DNA from: the human T2T-CHM13v2.0 reference genome, Homo sapiens
Assembly: GCF_009914755.1 (NCBI RefSeq)
Contig: NC_060929.1
Length of the DNA stretch: 64,000 bases
Strand: one strand, 5' to 3'
Below are positions 24,001-37,690 of this stretch, in pieces (the stretch's first letter is position 1; each line of letters begins with the position of its first letter). Under the pieces are notes generated by a model. That model was not told the origin of the DNA and did not search any database. It was given only the letters and a program-made list of their open reading frames with translations. Made by a program: the position numbers and the translations under genes.

Positions 24001-25107
24001 CGGGTTTTTTTCATATAAGGCTAGACAGAAGAATTCCCAGTAACTTCCTTGTGTTGTGTGTGTTCAACTCACAGAGTTGAACTTTCATTTACACAGAGCA
24101 GATTTGAAACACTCTTTTTGTGGAATTTGCAAATGGAGATTTCAAGCGCTTTGAGGCCAAAGCAGAAAAGGAAATATCTTCGTATAAAAACTAGACAGAA
24201 TCATTCTCAGAAACTGCTCTGCGATGTGTGCGTTCAACTCTCAGAGTTTAACTTTTCTTTTCATTCAGCAGTTTGGAAACACTCTGTTTGTAAAGTCTGC
24301 ACGTGGATAATTTGACCACTTAGAGGCCTTCGTTGGAAACGGGTTTTTTTCATGTAAGGCTATACAGAAGAATTCTCAGTAACTTCCTTGTGTTGTGTGT
24401 ATTCAACTTACAGAGTTGAACGATCCTTTACACAGAGCAGACTTGTAACACTCTTTTTGTGGAATTTGCAAGTGGAGATTTCAGCCGCTTTGAAGTCAAA
24501 GGTAGAAAAGGAAATATCTTCCTATAAAAACTAGACAGAATGATTATCAGAAACTCCTTTGTGATGTGTGCGTTCAACTCACAGAGTTTAACCTTTCTTT
24601 TCATAGAGCAGTTAGGAAACACTCTGTTTGTAAAGTCTGCAAGTGGATATTCAGACCTCTTTGAGGCCTTCGTTGGAAACGGGTTTTTTTCATATAAGGC
24701 TAGACAGAAGAATTCCCAGTAACTTCCTTGTGTTGTGTGTGTTCAACTCACAGAGTTGAACTTTCATTTACACAGAGCAGATTTGAAACACTCTTTTTGT
24801 GGAATTTGCAAGTGGAGATTTCAAGCGCTTTGTGGCCAAAGGCAGAAAAGGAAATATCTTCGTATAAAAACTAGACAGAATCATTCTCAGAAACTGCTCT
24901 GCGATGTGTGCGTTCAACTCTCAGAGTTTAACTTTTCTTTTCATTCAGCAGTTTGGAAACACTCTGTTTGTAAAGTCTGCACGTGGATATTTTGACCACT
25001 CAGAGGCCTTCGTTGGAAACGGGTTTTTTTCCTGTAAGGCTAGACAGAAGAATTCCCAGTAACTTCCTTGTGTTGTGTACATTCAACTCACAGAGTTGAA
25101 CGTTCCC
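21032..25107 (+). repeat. Tandem pair of near-identical 12-mers (2038-bp period)
   Basis: Shared ATGATTATC (22502/24540), CAACTTACAG, GAGCGATCC, GAGTGATTC and the 1-bp deletion CCAAAGCAG. Confidence 0.85.
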
Positions 25108-28100
25108 TTAGACAGAGCAGATTTGAAACACTCTTTTTGTGCAATTGGCAAGTGGAGATTTCAAGAGTTTTAAGGTCAATGGCAGAAAAGGAAATATCTT
25201 CGTTTCAAAACTAGACAGAATCATTCCCACAAACTGCGTTGTGATGTGTTCGTTCAAATCACAGAGTTTAACCTTTCTTTTCATAGAGCAGTTAGGAAAC
25301 AGTCTGTTTGTAAATTCTGTAAGTGGATATTCTGACATCTTGTGGCCTTCGTTGGAAACGGGATTTCTTCATATTCTGCTAGACAGAAGAATTCTCAGAA
25401 TCTTCCTTGTGTTGTGTGTATTCAACTCACAGAGTTGAACGATCCTTTACACAGAGCAGACTTGAAACACTCTTTTTGTGGAATTTGCAAGTGGAGATTT
25501 CAGCCGCTTTGAGGTCCATGGTAGAAAAGGAAATATCTTCGTATAAAAACTAGACAGAATGATTCTCAGAAACTTCTTTGTGATGTGTGCGTTCAACTCA
25601 CAGAGTTTAACCTTTCTTTTCATAGAGCAGTTAGGAAACACTCTGTTTGTAAACTCTGCAAGTGGATATTCAGACCTCTTTGAGGCCTTCGTTGGAAACG
25701 GGATTTCTTCATACTATGCTAGACAGAAGAATTCTCAGTAACTTCTTTGTGTTGTGTGTATTCAACTCACAGAGTTGAACGATCCTTTACACAGAGCAGA
25801 CTTGAAACACTCGTTTTGTGGAATTTGCAAGTGGAGATTTCAGCCGCTTTGAGGTCCATGGTAGAAAAGGAAATATCTTCGTATAAAAACTTGACAGAAT
25901 GATTCTCAGAAACTTCTTTGTGATGTGTGCGTACAACTCACAGAGTTTAACCTTTCTTTTCATAGAGCAGTTAGGAAACACTCTGTTTGTAAAGTCTGCA
26001 AGTGGATATTCAGACCTCTTTGAGGCCTTCGTTGGAAACGGGATTTCTTCATACTATGCTAGACAGAAGAATTCTCAGTAACTTCTTGGTGTTGTGTGTA
26101 TTCAACTCACAGAGTTGAACGATGCTTTACACAGAGCAGACTTGAAACACTCTTTTTGTGGAATTTGCAAGTGGAGATTTCAGCCGCTTTGAGGTCCATG
26201 GTAGAAAAGGAAATATCTTCGTATAAAAACTAGACAGAATGATTCTCAGAAACTCCTTTGTGATGTGTGTGTTCAACTCACAGAGTTTAACCTTTCTTTT
26301 CATTCAGCAGTTAGGAAACACTCTGTTTGTAAAGTCTGCAAGTGGATATTCAGACCTCTTTGAGGCCTTCGTTGGAAACGGGTTTTTTTCATATAAGGCT
26401 AGACAGAAGAATTCCCAGTAACTTCCTTGTGTTGTGTGTGTTCAACTCACAGAGTTGAACTTTGATTTACACAGAGCAGATTTGAAACACTCTTTTTGTG
26501 GAATTTGCAAGTGGAGATTTCAAGCGCTTTGTGGCCAAAGGCAGAAAAGGAAATATCTTCGTATAAAAACTAGACAGAATCATTCTCAGAAACTGCTCTG
26601 CGATGTGTGCGTTCAACTCTCAGAGTTTAACTTTTCTTTTCATTCAGCAGTTTGGAAACACTCTGTTTGTAAAGTCTGCACGTGGATAATTGGACCACTT
26701 AGAGGCCTTCGTTGGAAACGGGTTTTTTTCATGTAAGGCTATACAGAAGAATTCTCAGTAACTTCCTTGTGTTGTGTGTATTCAACTCACAGAGTTGAAC
26801 GATCCTTTACACAGAGCAGACTTGTAACACTCTTTTTGTGGAATTTGCAAGTGGAGATTTCAGCCGCTTTGAAGTCAAAGGTAGAAAAGGAAATATCTTC
26901 CTATAAAAACTAGACAGAATGATTCTCAGAAACTCCTTTGTGATGTGTGCGTTCAACTCACAGAGTTTTACCTTTCTTTTCATAGAGCAGTTAGGAAACA
27001 CTCTGTTTGTAAAGTCTGCAAGTGGATATTCAGACCTCTTTGAGGCCTTCGTTGGAAACGGGTTTTTTTCATATAAGGCTAGACAGAAGAATTCCCAGTA
27101 ACTTCCTTGTGTTGTCTGTGTTCAACTCACGGAGTTGAGCTTTCATTTACACAGAGCAGATTTGAAACACTCTTTTTGTGGAATTTGCAAGTGGAGATTT
27201 CAAGCGCTTTGAGGCCAAAGGCAGAAAAGGAAATATCTTCGTATAAAAACTAGACAGAATCACTCTCAGAAACTGCTCTGCGATGTGTGCGTTCAACTCT
27301 CAGAGTTTAACTTTTCTTTTCATTCAGCAGTTTGGAAACACTCTGTTTGTAAAGTCTGCACGTGGATATTTTGACCACTCAGAGGCCTTCGTTGGAAACG
27401 GGTTTTTTTCCTGTAAGGCTAGACAGAAGAATTCCCAGTAACTTCCTTGTGTTGTGTACATTCAACTCACAGAGTTGAACGTTCCCTTAGACAGAGCAGA
27501 TTTGAAACACTCTTTTTGTGCAATTGGCAAGTGGAGATTTCAAGAGTTTTAAGGTCAATGGCAGAAAAGGAAATATCTTCGTTTCAAAACTAGACAGAAT
27601 CATTCCCACAAACTGCGTTGTGATGTGTTCGTTCAAATCACAGAGTTTAACCTTTCTTTTCATAGAGCAGTTAGGAAACAGTCTGTTTGTAAATTCTGTA
27701 AGTGGATATTCTGACATCTTGTGGCCTTCGTTGGAAACGGGATTTCTTCATATTCTGCTAGACAGAAGAATTCTCAGAATCTTCCTTATGTTGTGTGTAT
27801 TCAACTCACAGAGTTGAACGAACCTTTACACAGAGCAGACTTGAAACACTCTTTTTGTGGAATTTGCAAGTGGAGATTTCAGCCGCTTTGAGGTCCATGG
27901 TAGAAAAGGAAATATCTTCGTATAAAAACTAGACAGAATGATTCTCAGAAACTTCTTTGTGATGTGTGCGTTCAACTCACAGAGTTTAACCTTTCTTTTC
28001 ATAGAGCAGTTAGGAAACACTCTGTTTGTAAACTCTGCAAGTGGATATTCAGACCTCTTTGAAGCCTTCGTTGGAAACGGGATTTCTTCATACTATGCTA

Positions 28101-30204
28101 GACAGAAGAATTCTCAGTAACTTCTTTGTGTTGTGTGTATTCAACTCACAGAGTTGAGCGATCCTTTACACAGAGCAGACTTGAAACACTCGTTTTGTGG
28201 AATTTGCAAGTGGAGATTTCAGCCGCTTTGAGGTCAATGGTAGAAAAGGAAATATCTTCGTATAAAAACTAGACAGAGTGATTCTCAGAAACTCCTTTGT
28301 GATGTGTGCGTTCAACTCACAGAGTTTAACCTTTCTTTTCATAGAGCAGTTAGGAAACACTCTGTTTGTAAAGTCTGCAAGTGGATATTCAGACCTCTTT
28401 GAGGCCTTCGTTGGAAACGGGTTTTTTTCATATAAGGCTAGACAGAAGAATTCCCAGTAACTTCCTTGTGTTGTGTGTGTTCAACTCACAGAGTTGAACT
28501 TTCATTTACACAGAGCAGATTTGAAACACTCTTTTTGTGGAATTTGCAAATGGAGATTTCAAGCGCTTTGAGGCCAAAGCAGAAAAGGAAATATCTTCGT
28601 ATAAAAACTAGACAGAATCATTCTCAGAAACTGCTCTGCGATGTGTGTGTTCAACTCTCAGAGTTTAACTTTTCTTTTCATTCAGCAGTTTGGAAACACT
28701 CTGTTTGTAAAGTCTGCACGTGGATAATTGGACCACTTAGAGGCCTTCGTTGGAAACGGGTTTTTTTCATGTAAGGCTATACAGAAGAATTCTCAGTAAC
28801 TTCCTTGTGTTGTGTGTATTCAACTCACAGAGTTGAACGATCCTTTACACAGAGCAGACTTGTAACACTCTTTTTGTGGAATTTGCAAGTGGAGATTTCA
28901 GCCGCTTTGAAGTCAAAGGTAGAAAAGGAAATATCTTCTTATAAAAACTAGACAGAATGATTCTCAGAAACTCCTTTGTGATGTGTGCGTTCAACTCACA
29001 GAGGTTAACCTTTCTTTTCATAGAGCAGTTAGGAAACACTCTGTTTGTAAAGTCTGCAAGTGGATATTCAGACCTCTTTGAGGCCTTCGTTGGAAAAGGG
29101 TTTTTTTCATATAAGGCTAGACAGAAGAATTCCCAGTAACTTCTTTCTGTTGTGTGTGTTCAACTCACAGAGTTGAACTTTGATTTACACAGAGCAGATT
29201 TGAAACACTCTTTTTGTGGAATTTGCAAGTGGAGATTTCAAGCGCTTTGAGGCCAAAGGCAGAAAAGGAAATATCTTCGTATAAAAACTAGACAGAATCA
29301 TTCTCAGAAACTGCTCTGCGATGTGTGCGTTCAACTCTCAGAGTTTAACTTTTCTTTTCATTCAGCAGTTTGGAAACACTCTGTTTGTAAAGTCTGCACG
29401 TGGATAATTGGACCACTTAGAGGCCTTCGTTGGAAACGGGTTTTTTTCATGTAAGGCTATACAGAAGAATTCTCAGTAACTTCCTTGTGTTGTGTGTATT
29501 CAACTCACAGAGTTGAACGATCCTTTACACAGAGCAGACTTGTAACACTCTTTTTGTGGAATTTGCAAGTGGAGATTTCAGCCGCTTTGAAGTCAAAGGT
29601 AGAAAAGGAAATATCTTCTTATAAAAACTAGACAGAATGATTCTCAGAAACTCCTTTGTGATGTGTGCGTTCAACTCACAGAGTTTAACCTTTCTTTTCA
29701 TAGAGCAGTTAGGAAACACTCTGTTTGTAAAGTCTGCAAGTGGATATTCAGACCTCTTTGAGGCCTTCGTTGGAAACGGGTTTTTTTCATATAAGGCTAG
29801 ACAGAAGAATTCCCAGTAACTTCCTTGTGTTGTGTGTGTTCAACTCACGGAGTTGAGCTTTCATTTACACAGAGCAGATTTGAAACACTCTTTTTGTGGA
29901 ATTTGCAAGTGGAGATTTCAAGCGCTTTGAGGCCAAAGGCAGAAAAGGAAATATCTTCGTATAAAAACTAGACAGAATCACTCTCAGAAACTGCTCTGCG
30001 ATGTGTGCGTTCAACTCTCAGAGTTTAACTTTTGTTTTCATTCAGCAGTTTGGAAACACTCTGTTTGTAAAGTCTGCACGTGGATATTTTGACCACTCAG
30101 AGGCCTTCGTTGGAAACGGGTTTTTTTCCTGTAAGGCTAGACAGAAGAATTCCCAGTAACTTCCTTGTGTTGTGTACATTCAACTCACAGAGTTGAACGT
30201 TCCC

Positions 30205-31223
30205 TTAGACAGAGCAGATTTGAAACACTCTTTTTGTGCAATTGGCAAGTGGAGATTTCAAGGGTTTTAAGGTCAATGGCAGAAAAGGAAATATCTTCGT
30301 TTCAAAACTAGACAGAATCATTCCCACAAACTGCGTTGTGATGTGTTCGTTCAAATCACAGAGTTTAACCTTTCTTTTCATAGAGCAGTTAGGAAACAGT
30401 CTGTTTGTAAATTCTGTAAGTGGATATTCTGACATCTTGTGGCCTTCGTTGGAAACGGGATTTCTTCATATTCTGCTAGACAGAAGAATTCTCAGAATCT
30501 TCCTTGTGTTGTGTGTATTCAACTCACAGAGTTGAACGATCCTTTACACAGAGCAGACTTGAAACACTCTTTTTGTGGAATTTGCAAGTGGAGATTTCAG
30601 CCGCTTTGAGGTCCATGGTAGAAAAGGAAATATCTTCGTATAAAAACTAGACAGAATGATTCTCAGAAACTTCTTTGTGATGTGTGCGTTCAACTCACAG
30701 AGTTTAACCTTTCTTTTCATAGAGCAGTTAGGAAACACTCTGTTTGTAAAGTCTGCAAGTGGATATTCAGACCTCTTTGACGCCTTCGTTGGAAACGGGT
30801 TTTTTTCATATAAGGCTAGACAGAAGAATTCCCAGTAACTTCCTTGTGTTGTGTGTGTTCAACTCACAGAGTTGAACTTTCATTTACACAGAGCAGATTT
30901 GAAACACTCTTTTTGTGGAATTTGCAAGTGGAGATTTCAAGCGCTTTGAGGCCAAAGGCAGAAAAGGAAATATCTTCGTATAAAAACTAGACAGAATCAT
31001 TCTCAGAAACTGCTCTGCGATGTGTGCGTTCAACTCTCAGAGTTTAACTTTTCTTTTCATTCAGCAGTTTGGAAACACTCTGTTTGTAAAGTCTGTACGT
31101 GGATATTTTGACCACTTAGAGGCCTTCGTTGGAAACGGGTTTTTTTCCTGTAACGCTAGACAGAAGAATTCCCAGTAACTTCCTTGTGTTGTGTACATTC
31201 AACTCACAGAGTTGAACGTTCCC
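30205..31223 (+). repeat. 6-monomer HOR variant (1019 bp; duplicate at 56704-57722)
   Basis: Marker dimers are 1019 bp apart. The middle dimer starts B-type (GTCCATGG, AAACTTCTTTG) and ends C/E-type (AAGTCTGC, CATATAAGG). Confidence 0.85.
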
Positions 31224-34200
31224 TTAGACAGAGCAGATTTGAAACACTCTTTTTGTGCAATTGGCAAGTGGAGATTTCAAGCGCTTTAAGGTCAATGGCA
31301 GAAAAGGAAATATCTTCGTTTCAAAACTAGACAGAATCATTCCCACAAACTGCGTTGTGATGTGTTCGTTCAACTCACAAGGTTTAACCTTTCTTTTCAT
31401 AGAGCAGTTAGGAAACAGTCTGTTTGTAAATTCTGTAAGTGGATATTCTGACATCTTGTGGCCTTCGTTGGAAACGGGATTTCTTCATATTCTGCTAGAC
31501 AGAAGAATTCTCAGAATCTTCCTTGTGTTGTGTGTATTCAACTCACAGAGTTGAACGATCCTTTACACAGAGCAGACTTGAAACACTCTTTTTGTGGAAT
31601 TTGCAAGTGGAGATTTCAGCCGCTTTGAGGTCCACGGTAGAAAAGGAAATATCTTCGTATAAAAACTAGACGGAATGATTCTAAGAAACTTCTTTGTGAT
31701 GTGTGCGTTCAACTCACAGAGTTTAACCTTTCTTTTCATAGAGCAGTTAGGAAACACTCTGTTTGTAAACTCTGCAAGTGGATATTCAGACCTCTTTGAG
31801 GCCTTCGTTGGAAACGGGATTTCTCCATACTGTGCGAGACAGAAGAATTCTCAGTAACTTCCTTGTGTTGTGTGGATTCAACTCACAGAGTTGAACGATC
31901 CTTTACACAGAGCGGACTTGAAACACTCGTTTTGTGGAATTTGCAAGTGGAGATTTCAGCCGCTTTGAGGTCAATGGTAGAAAAGGAAATATCTTCGTAC
32001 AAAAACTAGACAGAATGATTCTCAGAAACTCCTTTGTGATGTGTGTGTTCAACTCACAGAGTTTAACATTTCTTTTCATAGAGCAGTTAGGAAACACTCT
32101 GTTTGTAAAGTCTGCAAGTGGATATTTTGACCTCTTTGAGGCCTTCGTTGGAAACGGGTTTTTTCATGTAAGGCTAGACAGAAGAATTCCCAGTAACTTC
32201 CTTGTGTTGTGTGTGTTCAACTCACAGAGTTGAACTTTCATTTACACAGAGCAGATTTGAAACACTCTTTTTGTGGAATTTGCAAGTGGAGATTTCAAGC
32301 GCTTTGAGGCCAAAGGCAGAAAAGGAAATATCTTCGTATAAAAACTAGAGAGAATCATTCTCAGAAACTGCTCTGTGATGTGTGCGTTCAACTCTCAGAG
32401 TTTAACTTTTCTTTTCATTCAGCAGTTTGGAAACACTCTGTTTGTAAAGTCTGCACGTGCATAATTTGACCACTTAGAGGTCTTCGATGGAAACGGGTTT
32501 TTTTCATGTAAGGCTAGACAGAAGAATTCTCAGTAACTTCCTTGTGTTGTGTGTATTCAACTCACAGAGTTGAACGATCCTTTACACAGAGCAGTCTTGT
32601 AACACTCTTTTTGTGGAATTTGCAAGTGGAGATTTCAGCCGCTTTGAAGTCAAAGGTAGAAAAGGAAATATCTTCCTATAAAAACTAGACAGAATGATTC
32701 TCTGAAACTCCTTTGTGATGTGTGCGTTCAACTCACAGAGTTTAACCTTTCTTTTCATAGAGCAGTTAGGATACACTCTGTTTGTAAAGTCTGCAAGTGG
32801 ATATTCAGACCTCTTGGAGGCCTTCGTTGGAAACGGGTTTTTTTCATATAAGGCTAGACAGAAGAATTCCCAGTAACTTCCTTGTGTTGTGTGTGTTCAA
32901 CTCACAGAGTTGAACTTTCATTTACACAGAGCAGATTTGAAACACTCTTTTTGTGGAATTTGCAAGTGGAGATTTCAAGCGCTTTGAGGCCAAAGGCAGA
33001 AAAGGAAATATCTTCGTATAAAAACTAGACAGAATCATTCTCAGAAAGTGCTCTGCGATGTGTGCGTTCAACTCTCAGAGTTTAACTTTTCTTTTCATTC
33101 AGCAGTTTGGAAACACTCTGTTTGTAAAGTCTGCACGTGGATATTTTGACCACTTAGAGGCCTTCGTTGGAAACGGGTTTTTTTCCTGTAAGGCTAGACA
33201 GAAGAATTCCCAGTAACTTCCTTGTGTTGTGTTCATTCAACTCACAGAGTTGAACGTTCCCTTAGACAGAGTAGATTTGAAACACTCTTTTTGTGCAATT
33301 GGCAAGTGGAGATTTCAAGCGCTTTAAGGTCAATGGCAGAAAAGGAAATATCTTCGTTTCAAAACTAGACAGAATCATTCCCACAAACTGCGTTGTGATG
33401 TGTTCGTTCAACTCACAGAGTTTAACCTTTCTTTTCATAGAGCAGTTAGGAAACAGTCTGTTTGTAAATTCTGTAAGTGGATATTCTGACATCTTGTGGC
33501 CTTCGTTGGAAACGGGATTTCTTCATATTCTGCTAGACAGAAGAATTCTCAGAATCTTCCTTGTGTTGTGTGTATTCAACTCACAGAGTTGAACGATCCT
33601 TTACACAGAGCAGACTTGAAACACTCTTTTTGTGGAATTTGCAAGTGGAGATTTCAGCCGCTTTGAGGTCCATGGTAGAAAAGGAAATATCTTCGTATAA
33701 AAACTAGACAGAATGATTCTCAGAAACTTCTTTGTGATGTGTGCGTTCAACTCACAGAGTTTAACCTTTCTTTTCATAGAGCAGTTAGGAAACACTCTGT
33801 TTGTAAACTCTGCAAGTGGATATTCAGACCTCTTTGAGGCCTTCGTTGGAAACGGGATTTCTTCATACTATGCTAGACAGAAGAATTCTCAGTAACTTCC
33901 TTGTGTTGTGTGTATTCAACTCACAGAGTTGAACGTTCCTTTACACAGAGCAGACTTGAAACACTCGTTTTGTGGAATTTGCAAGTGGAGATTTCAGCCG
34001 CTTTGAGGTCAATGGTAGAAAAGGAAATATCTTCGTATAAAAACTAGACAGAATGATTCTCAGAAACTCCTTTGTGATGTGTGTGTTCAACTCACAGAGT
34101 TTAACCTTTCTTTTCATAGAGCAGTTAGGAAACACTCTGTTTGTAAAGTCTGCATGTGGATATTTTGACCTCTTTGAGGCCTTCGTTGGAAACGGGTTTT

Positions 34201-37200
34201 TTCATGTAAGGATAGACAGAAGAATTCCCAGTAACTTCCTTGGGTTGTGTGTGTTCAACTCACAGAGTTGAACTTTCATTTACACAGAGCAGATTTGAAA
34301 CACTCTTTTTGTGGAATTTGCAAGTGGAGATTTCAAGCGCTTTGAGGCCAAAGGCAGAAAAGGAAATATCTTCGTATAAAAACTAGACAGAATCATTCTC
34401 AGAAACTGCTCTGCGATGTGTGCGTTCAACTCTCAGAGTTTAACTTTTCTTTTCATTCAGCAGTTTGGAAACACTCTGTTTGTAAAGTCTGTACGTGGAT
34501 ATTTTGACCACTTAGAGGCCTTCGTTGGAAACGGGTTTTTTTCCTGTAACGCTAGACAGAAGAATTCCCAGTAACTTCCTTGTGTTGTGTACATTCAACT
34601 CACAGAGTTGAACGTTCCCTTAGACAGAGCAGATTTGAAACACTCTTTTTGTGCAATTGGCAAGTGGAGATTTCAAGCGCTTTAAGGTCAATGGCAGAAA
34701 AGGAAATATCTTCGTTTCAAAACTAGACAGAATCATTCCCACAAACTGCGTTGTGATGTGTTCGTTCAACTCACAAGGTTTAACCTTTCTTTTCATAGAG
34801 CAGTTAGGAAACAGTCTGTTTGTAAATTCTGTAAGTGGATATTCTGACATCTTGTGGCCTTCGTTGGAAACGGGATTTCTTCATATTCTGCTAGACAGAA
34901 GAATTCTCAGAATCTTCCTTGTGTTGTGTGTATTCAACTCACAGAGTTGAACGATCCTTTACACAGAGCAGACTTGAAACACTCTTTTTGTGGAATTTGC
35001 AAGTGGAGATTTCAGCCGCTTTGAGGTCCACGGTAGAAAAGGAAATATCTTCGTATAAAAACTAGACGGAATGATTCTAAGAAACTTCTTTGTGATGTGT
35101 GCGTTCAACTCACAGAGTTTAACCTTTCTTTTCATAGAGCAGTTAGGAAACACTCTGTTTGTAAACTCTGCAAGTGGATATTCAGACCTCTTTGAGGCCT
35201 TCGTTGGAAACGGGATTTCTCCATACTGTGCGAGACAGAAGAATTCTCAGTAACTTCCTTGTGTTGTGTGGATTCAACTCACAGAGTTGAACGATCCTTT
35301 ACACAGAGCGGACTTGAAACACTCGTTTTGTGGAATTTGCAAGTGGAGATTTCAGCCGCTTTGAGGTCAATGGTAGAAAAGGAAATATCTTCGTACAAAA
35401 ACTAGACAGAATGATTCTCAGAAACTCCTTTGTGATGTGTGTGTTCAACTCACAGAGTTTAACCTTTCTTTTCATAGAGCAGTTAGGAAACACTCTGTTT
35501 GTAAAGTCTGCAAGTGGATATTTTGACCTCTTTGAGGCCTTCGTTGGAAACGGGTTTTTTCATGTAAGGCTAGACAGAAGAATTCCCAGTAACTTCCTTG
35601 TGTTGTGTGTGTTCAACTCACAGAGTTGAACTTTCATTTACACAGAGCAGATTTGAAACACTCTTTTTGTGGAATTTGCAAGTGGAGATTTCAAGCGCTT
35701 TGAGGCCAAAGGCAGAAAAGGAAATATCTTCGTATAAAAACTAGAGAGAATCATTCTCAGAAACTGCTCTGTGATGTGTGCGTTCAACTCTCAGAGTTTA
35801 ACTTTTCTTTTCATTCAGCAGTTTGGAAACACTCTGTTTGTAAAGTCTGCACGTGCATAATTTGACCACTTAGAGGTCTTCGATGGAAACGGGTTTTTTT
35901 CATGTAAGGCTAGACAGAAGAATTCTCAGTAACTTCCTTGTGTTGTGTGTATTCAACTCACAGAGTTGAACGATCCTTTACACAGAGCAGTCTTGTAACA
36001 CTCTTTTTGTGGAATTTGCAAGTGGAGATTTCAGCCGCTTTGAAGTCAAAGGTAGAAAAGGAAATATCTTCCTATAAAAACTAGACAGAATGATTCTCTG
36101 AAACTCCTTTGTGATGTGTGCGTTCAACTCACAGAGTTTAACCTTTCTTTTCATAGAGCAGTTAGGATACACTCTGTTTGTAAAGTCTGCAAGTGGATAT
36201 TCAGACCTCTTGGAGGCCTTCGTTGGAAACGGGTTTTTTTCATATAAGGCTAGACAGAAGAATTCCCAGTAACTTCCTTGTGTTGTGTGTGTTCAACTCA
36301 CAGAGTTGAACTTTCATTTACACAGAGCAGATTTGAAACACTCTTTTTGTGGAATTTGCAAGTGGAGATTTCAAGCGCTTTGAGGCCAAAGGCAGAAAAG
36401 GAAATATCTTCGTATAAAAACTAGACAGAATCATTCTCAGAAAGTGCTCTGCGATGTGTGCGTTCAACTCTCAGAGTTTAACTTTTCTTTTCATTCAGCA
36501 GTTTGGAAACACTCTGTTTGTAAAGTCTGCACGTGGATATTTTGACCACTTAGAGGCCTTCGTTGGAAACGGGTTTTTTTCCTGTAAGGCTAGACAGAAG
36601 AATTCCCAGTAACTTCCTTGTGTTGTGTTCATTCAACTCACAGAGTTGAACGTTCCCTTAGACAGAGTAGATTTGAAACACTCTTTTTGTGCAATTGGCA
36701 AGTGGAGATTTCAAGCGCTTTAAGGTCAATGGCAGAAAAGGAAATATCTTCGTTTCAAAACTAGACAGAATCATTCCCACAAACTGCGTTGTGATGTGTT
36801 CGTTCAACTCACAGAGTTTAACCTTTCTTTTCATAGAGCAGTTAGGAAACAGTCTGTTTGTAAATTCTGTAAGTGGATATTCTGACATCTTGTGGCCTTC
36901 GTTGGAAACGGGATTTCTTCATATTCTGCTAGACAGAAGAATTCTCAGAATCTTCCTTGTGTTGTGTGTATTCAACTCACAGAGTTGAACGATCCTTTAC
37001 ACAGAGCAGACTTGAGACACTCTTTTTGTGGAATTTGCAAGTGGAGATTTCAGCCGCTTTGAGGTCCATGGTAGAAAAGGAAATATCTTCGTATAAAAAC
37101 TAGACAGAATGATTCTCAGAAACTTCTTTGTGATGTGTGCGTTCAACTCACAGAGTTTAACCTTTCTTTTCATAGAGCAGTTAGGAAACACTCTGTTTGT

Positions 37201-37690
37201 AAACTCTGCAAGTGGATATTCAGACCTCTTTGAGGCCTTCGTTGGAAACGGGATTTCTTCATACTATGCTAGACAGAAGAATTCTCAGTAACTTCCTTGT
37301 GTTGTGTGTATTCAACTCACAGAGTTGAACGTTCCTTTACACAGAGCAGACTTGAAACACTCGTTTTGTGGAATTTGCAAGTGGAGATTTCAGCCGCTTT
37401 GAGGTCAATGGTAGAAAAGGAAATATCTTCGTATAAAAACTAGACAGAATGATTCTCAGAAACTCCTTTGTGATGTGTGTGTTCAACTCACAGAGTTTAA
37501 CCTTTCTTTTCATAGAGCAGTTAGGAAACACTCTGTTTGTAAAGTCTGCATGTGGATATTTTGACCTCTTTGAGGCCTTCGTTGGAAACGGGTTTTTTCA
37601 TGTAAGGATAGACAGAAGAATTCCCAGTAACTTCCTTGGGTTGTGTGTGTTCAACTCACAGAGTTGAACTTTCATTTACACAGAGCAGAT
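30850..37690 (+). repeat. 3396-bp (20-monomer) tandem duplication; repeated again at ~57350-64000
   Basis: Many private variants are shared at +3396: TCTGTACGT, TAACGCTAG, CACAAGGTT, GACGGAATGATTCTAAG, CTCCATACTGTGCGAG, CGTACAAAA, CTTCGATGG, AGGATACAC, GCATGTGG, AAGGATAGAC, CTTGGGTTG. Confidence 0.9.

Noticed and set aside
32482-32498. Variant CENP-B box CTTCGATGGAAACGGGT (also ~35878, ~58981, ~62377) as a dead box
   Set aside because: The change is outside the nine core positions, so the box is probably still bindable and was not counted as disrupted.
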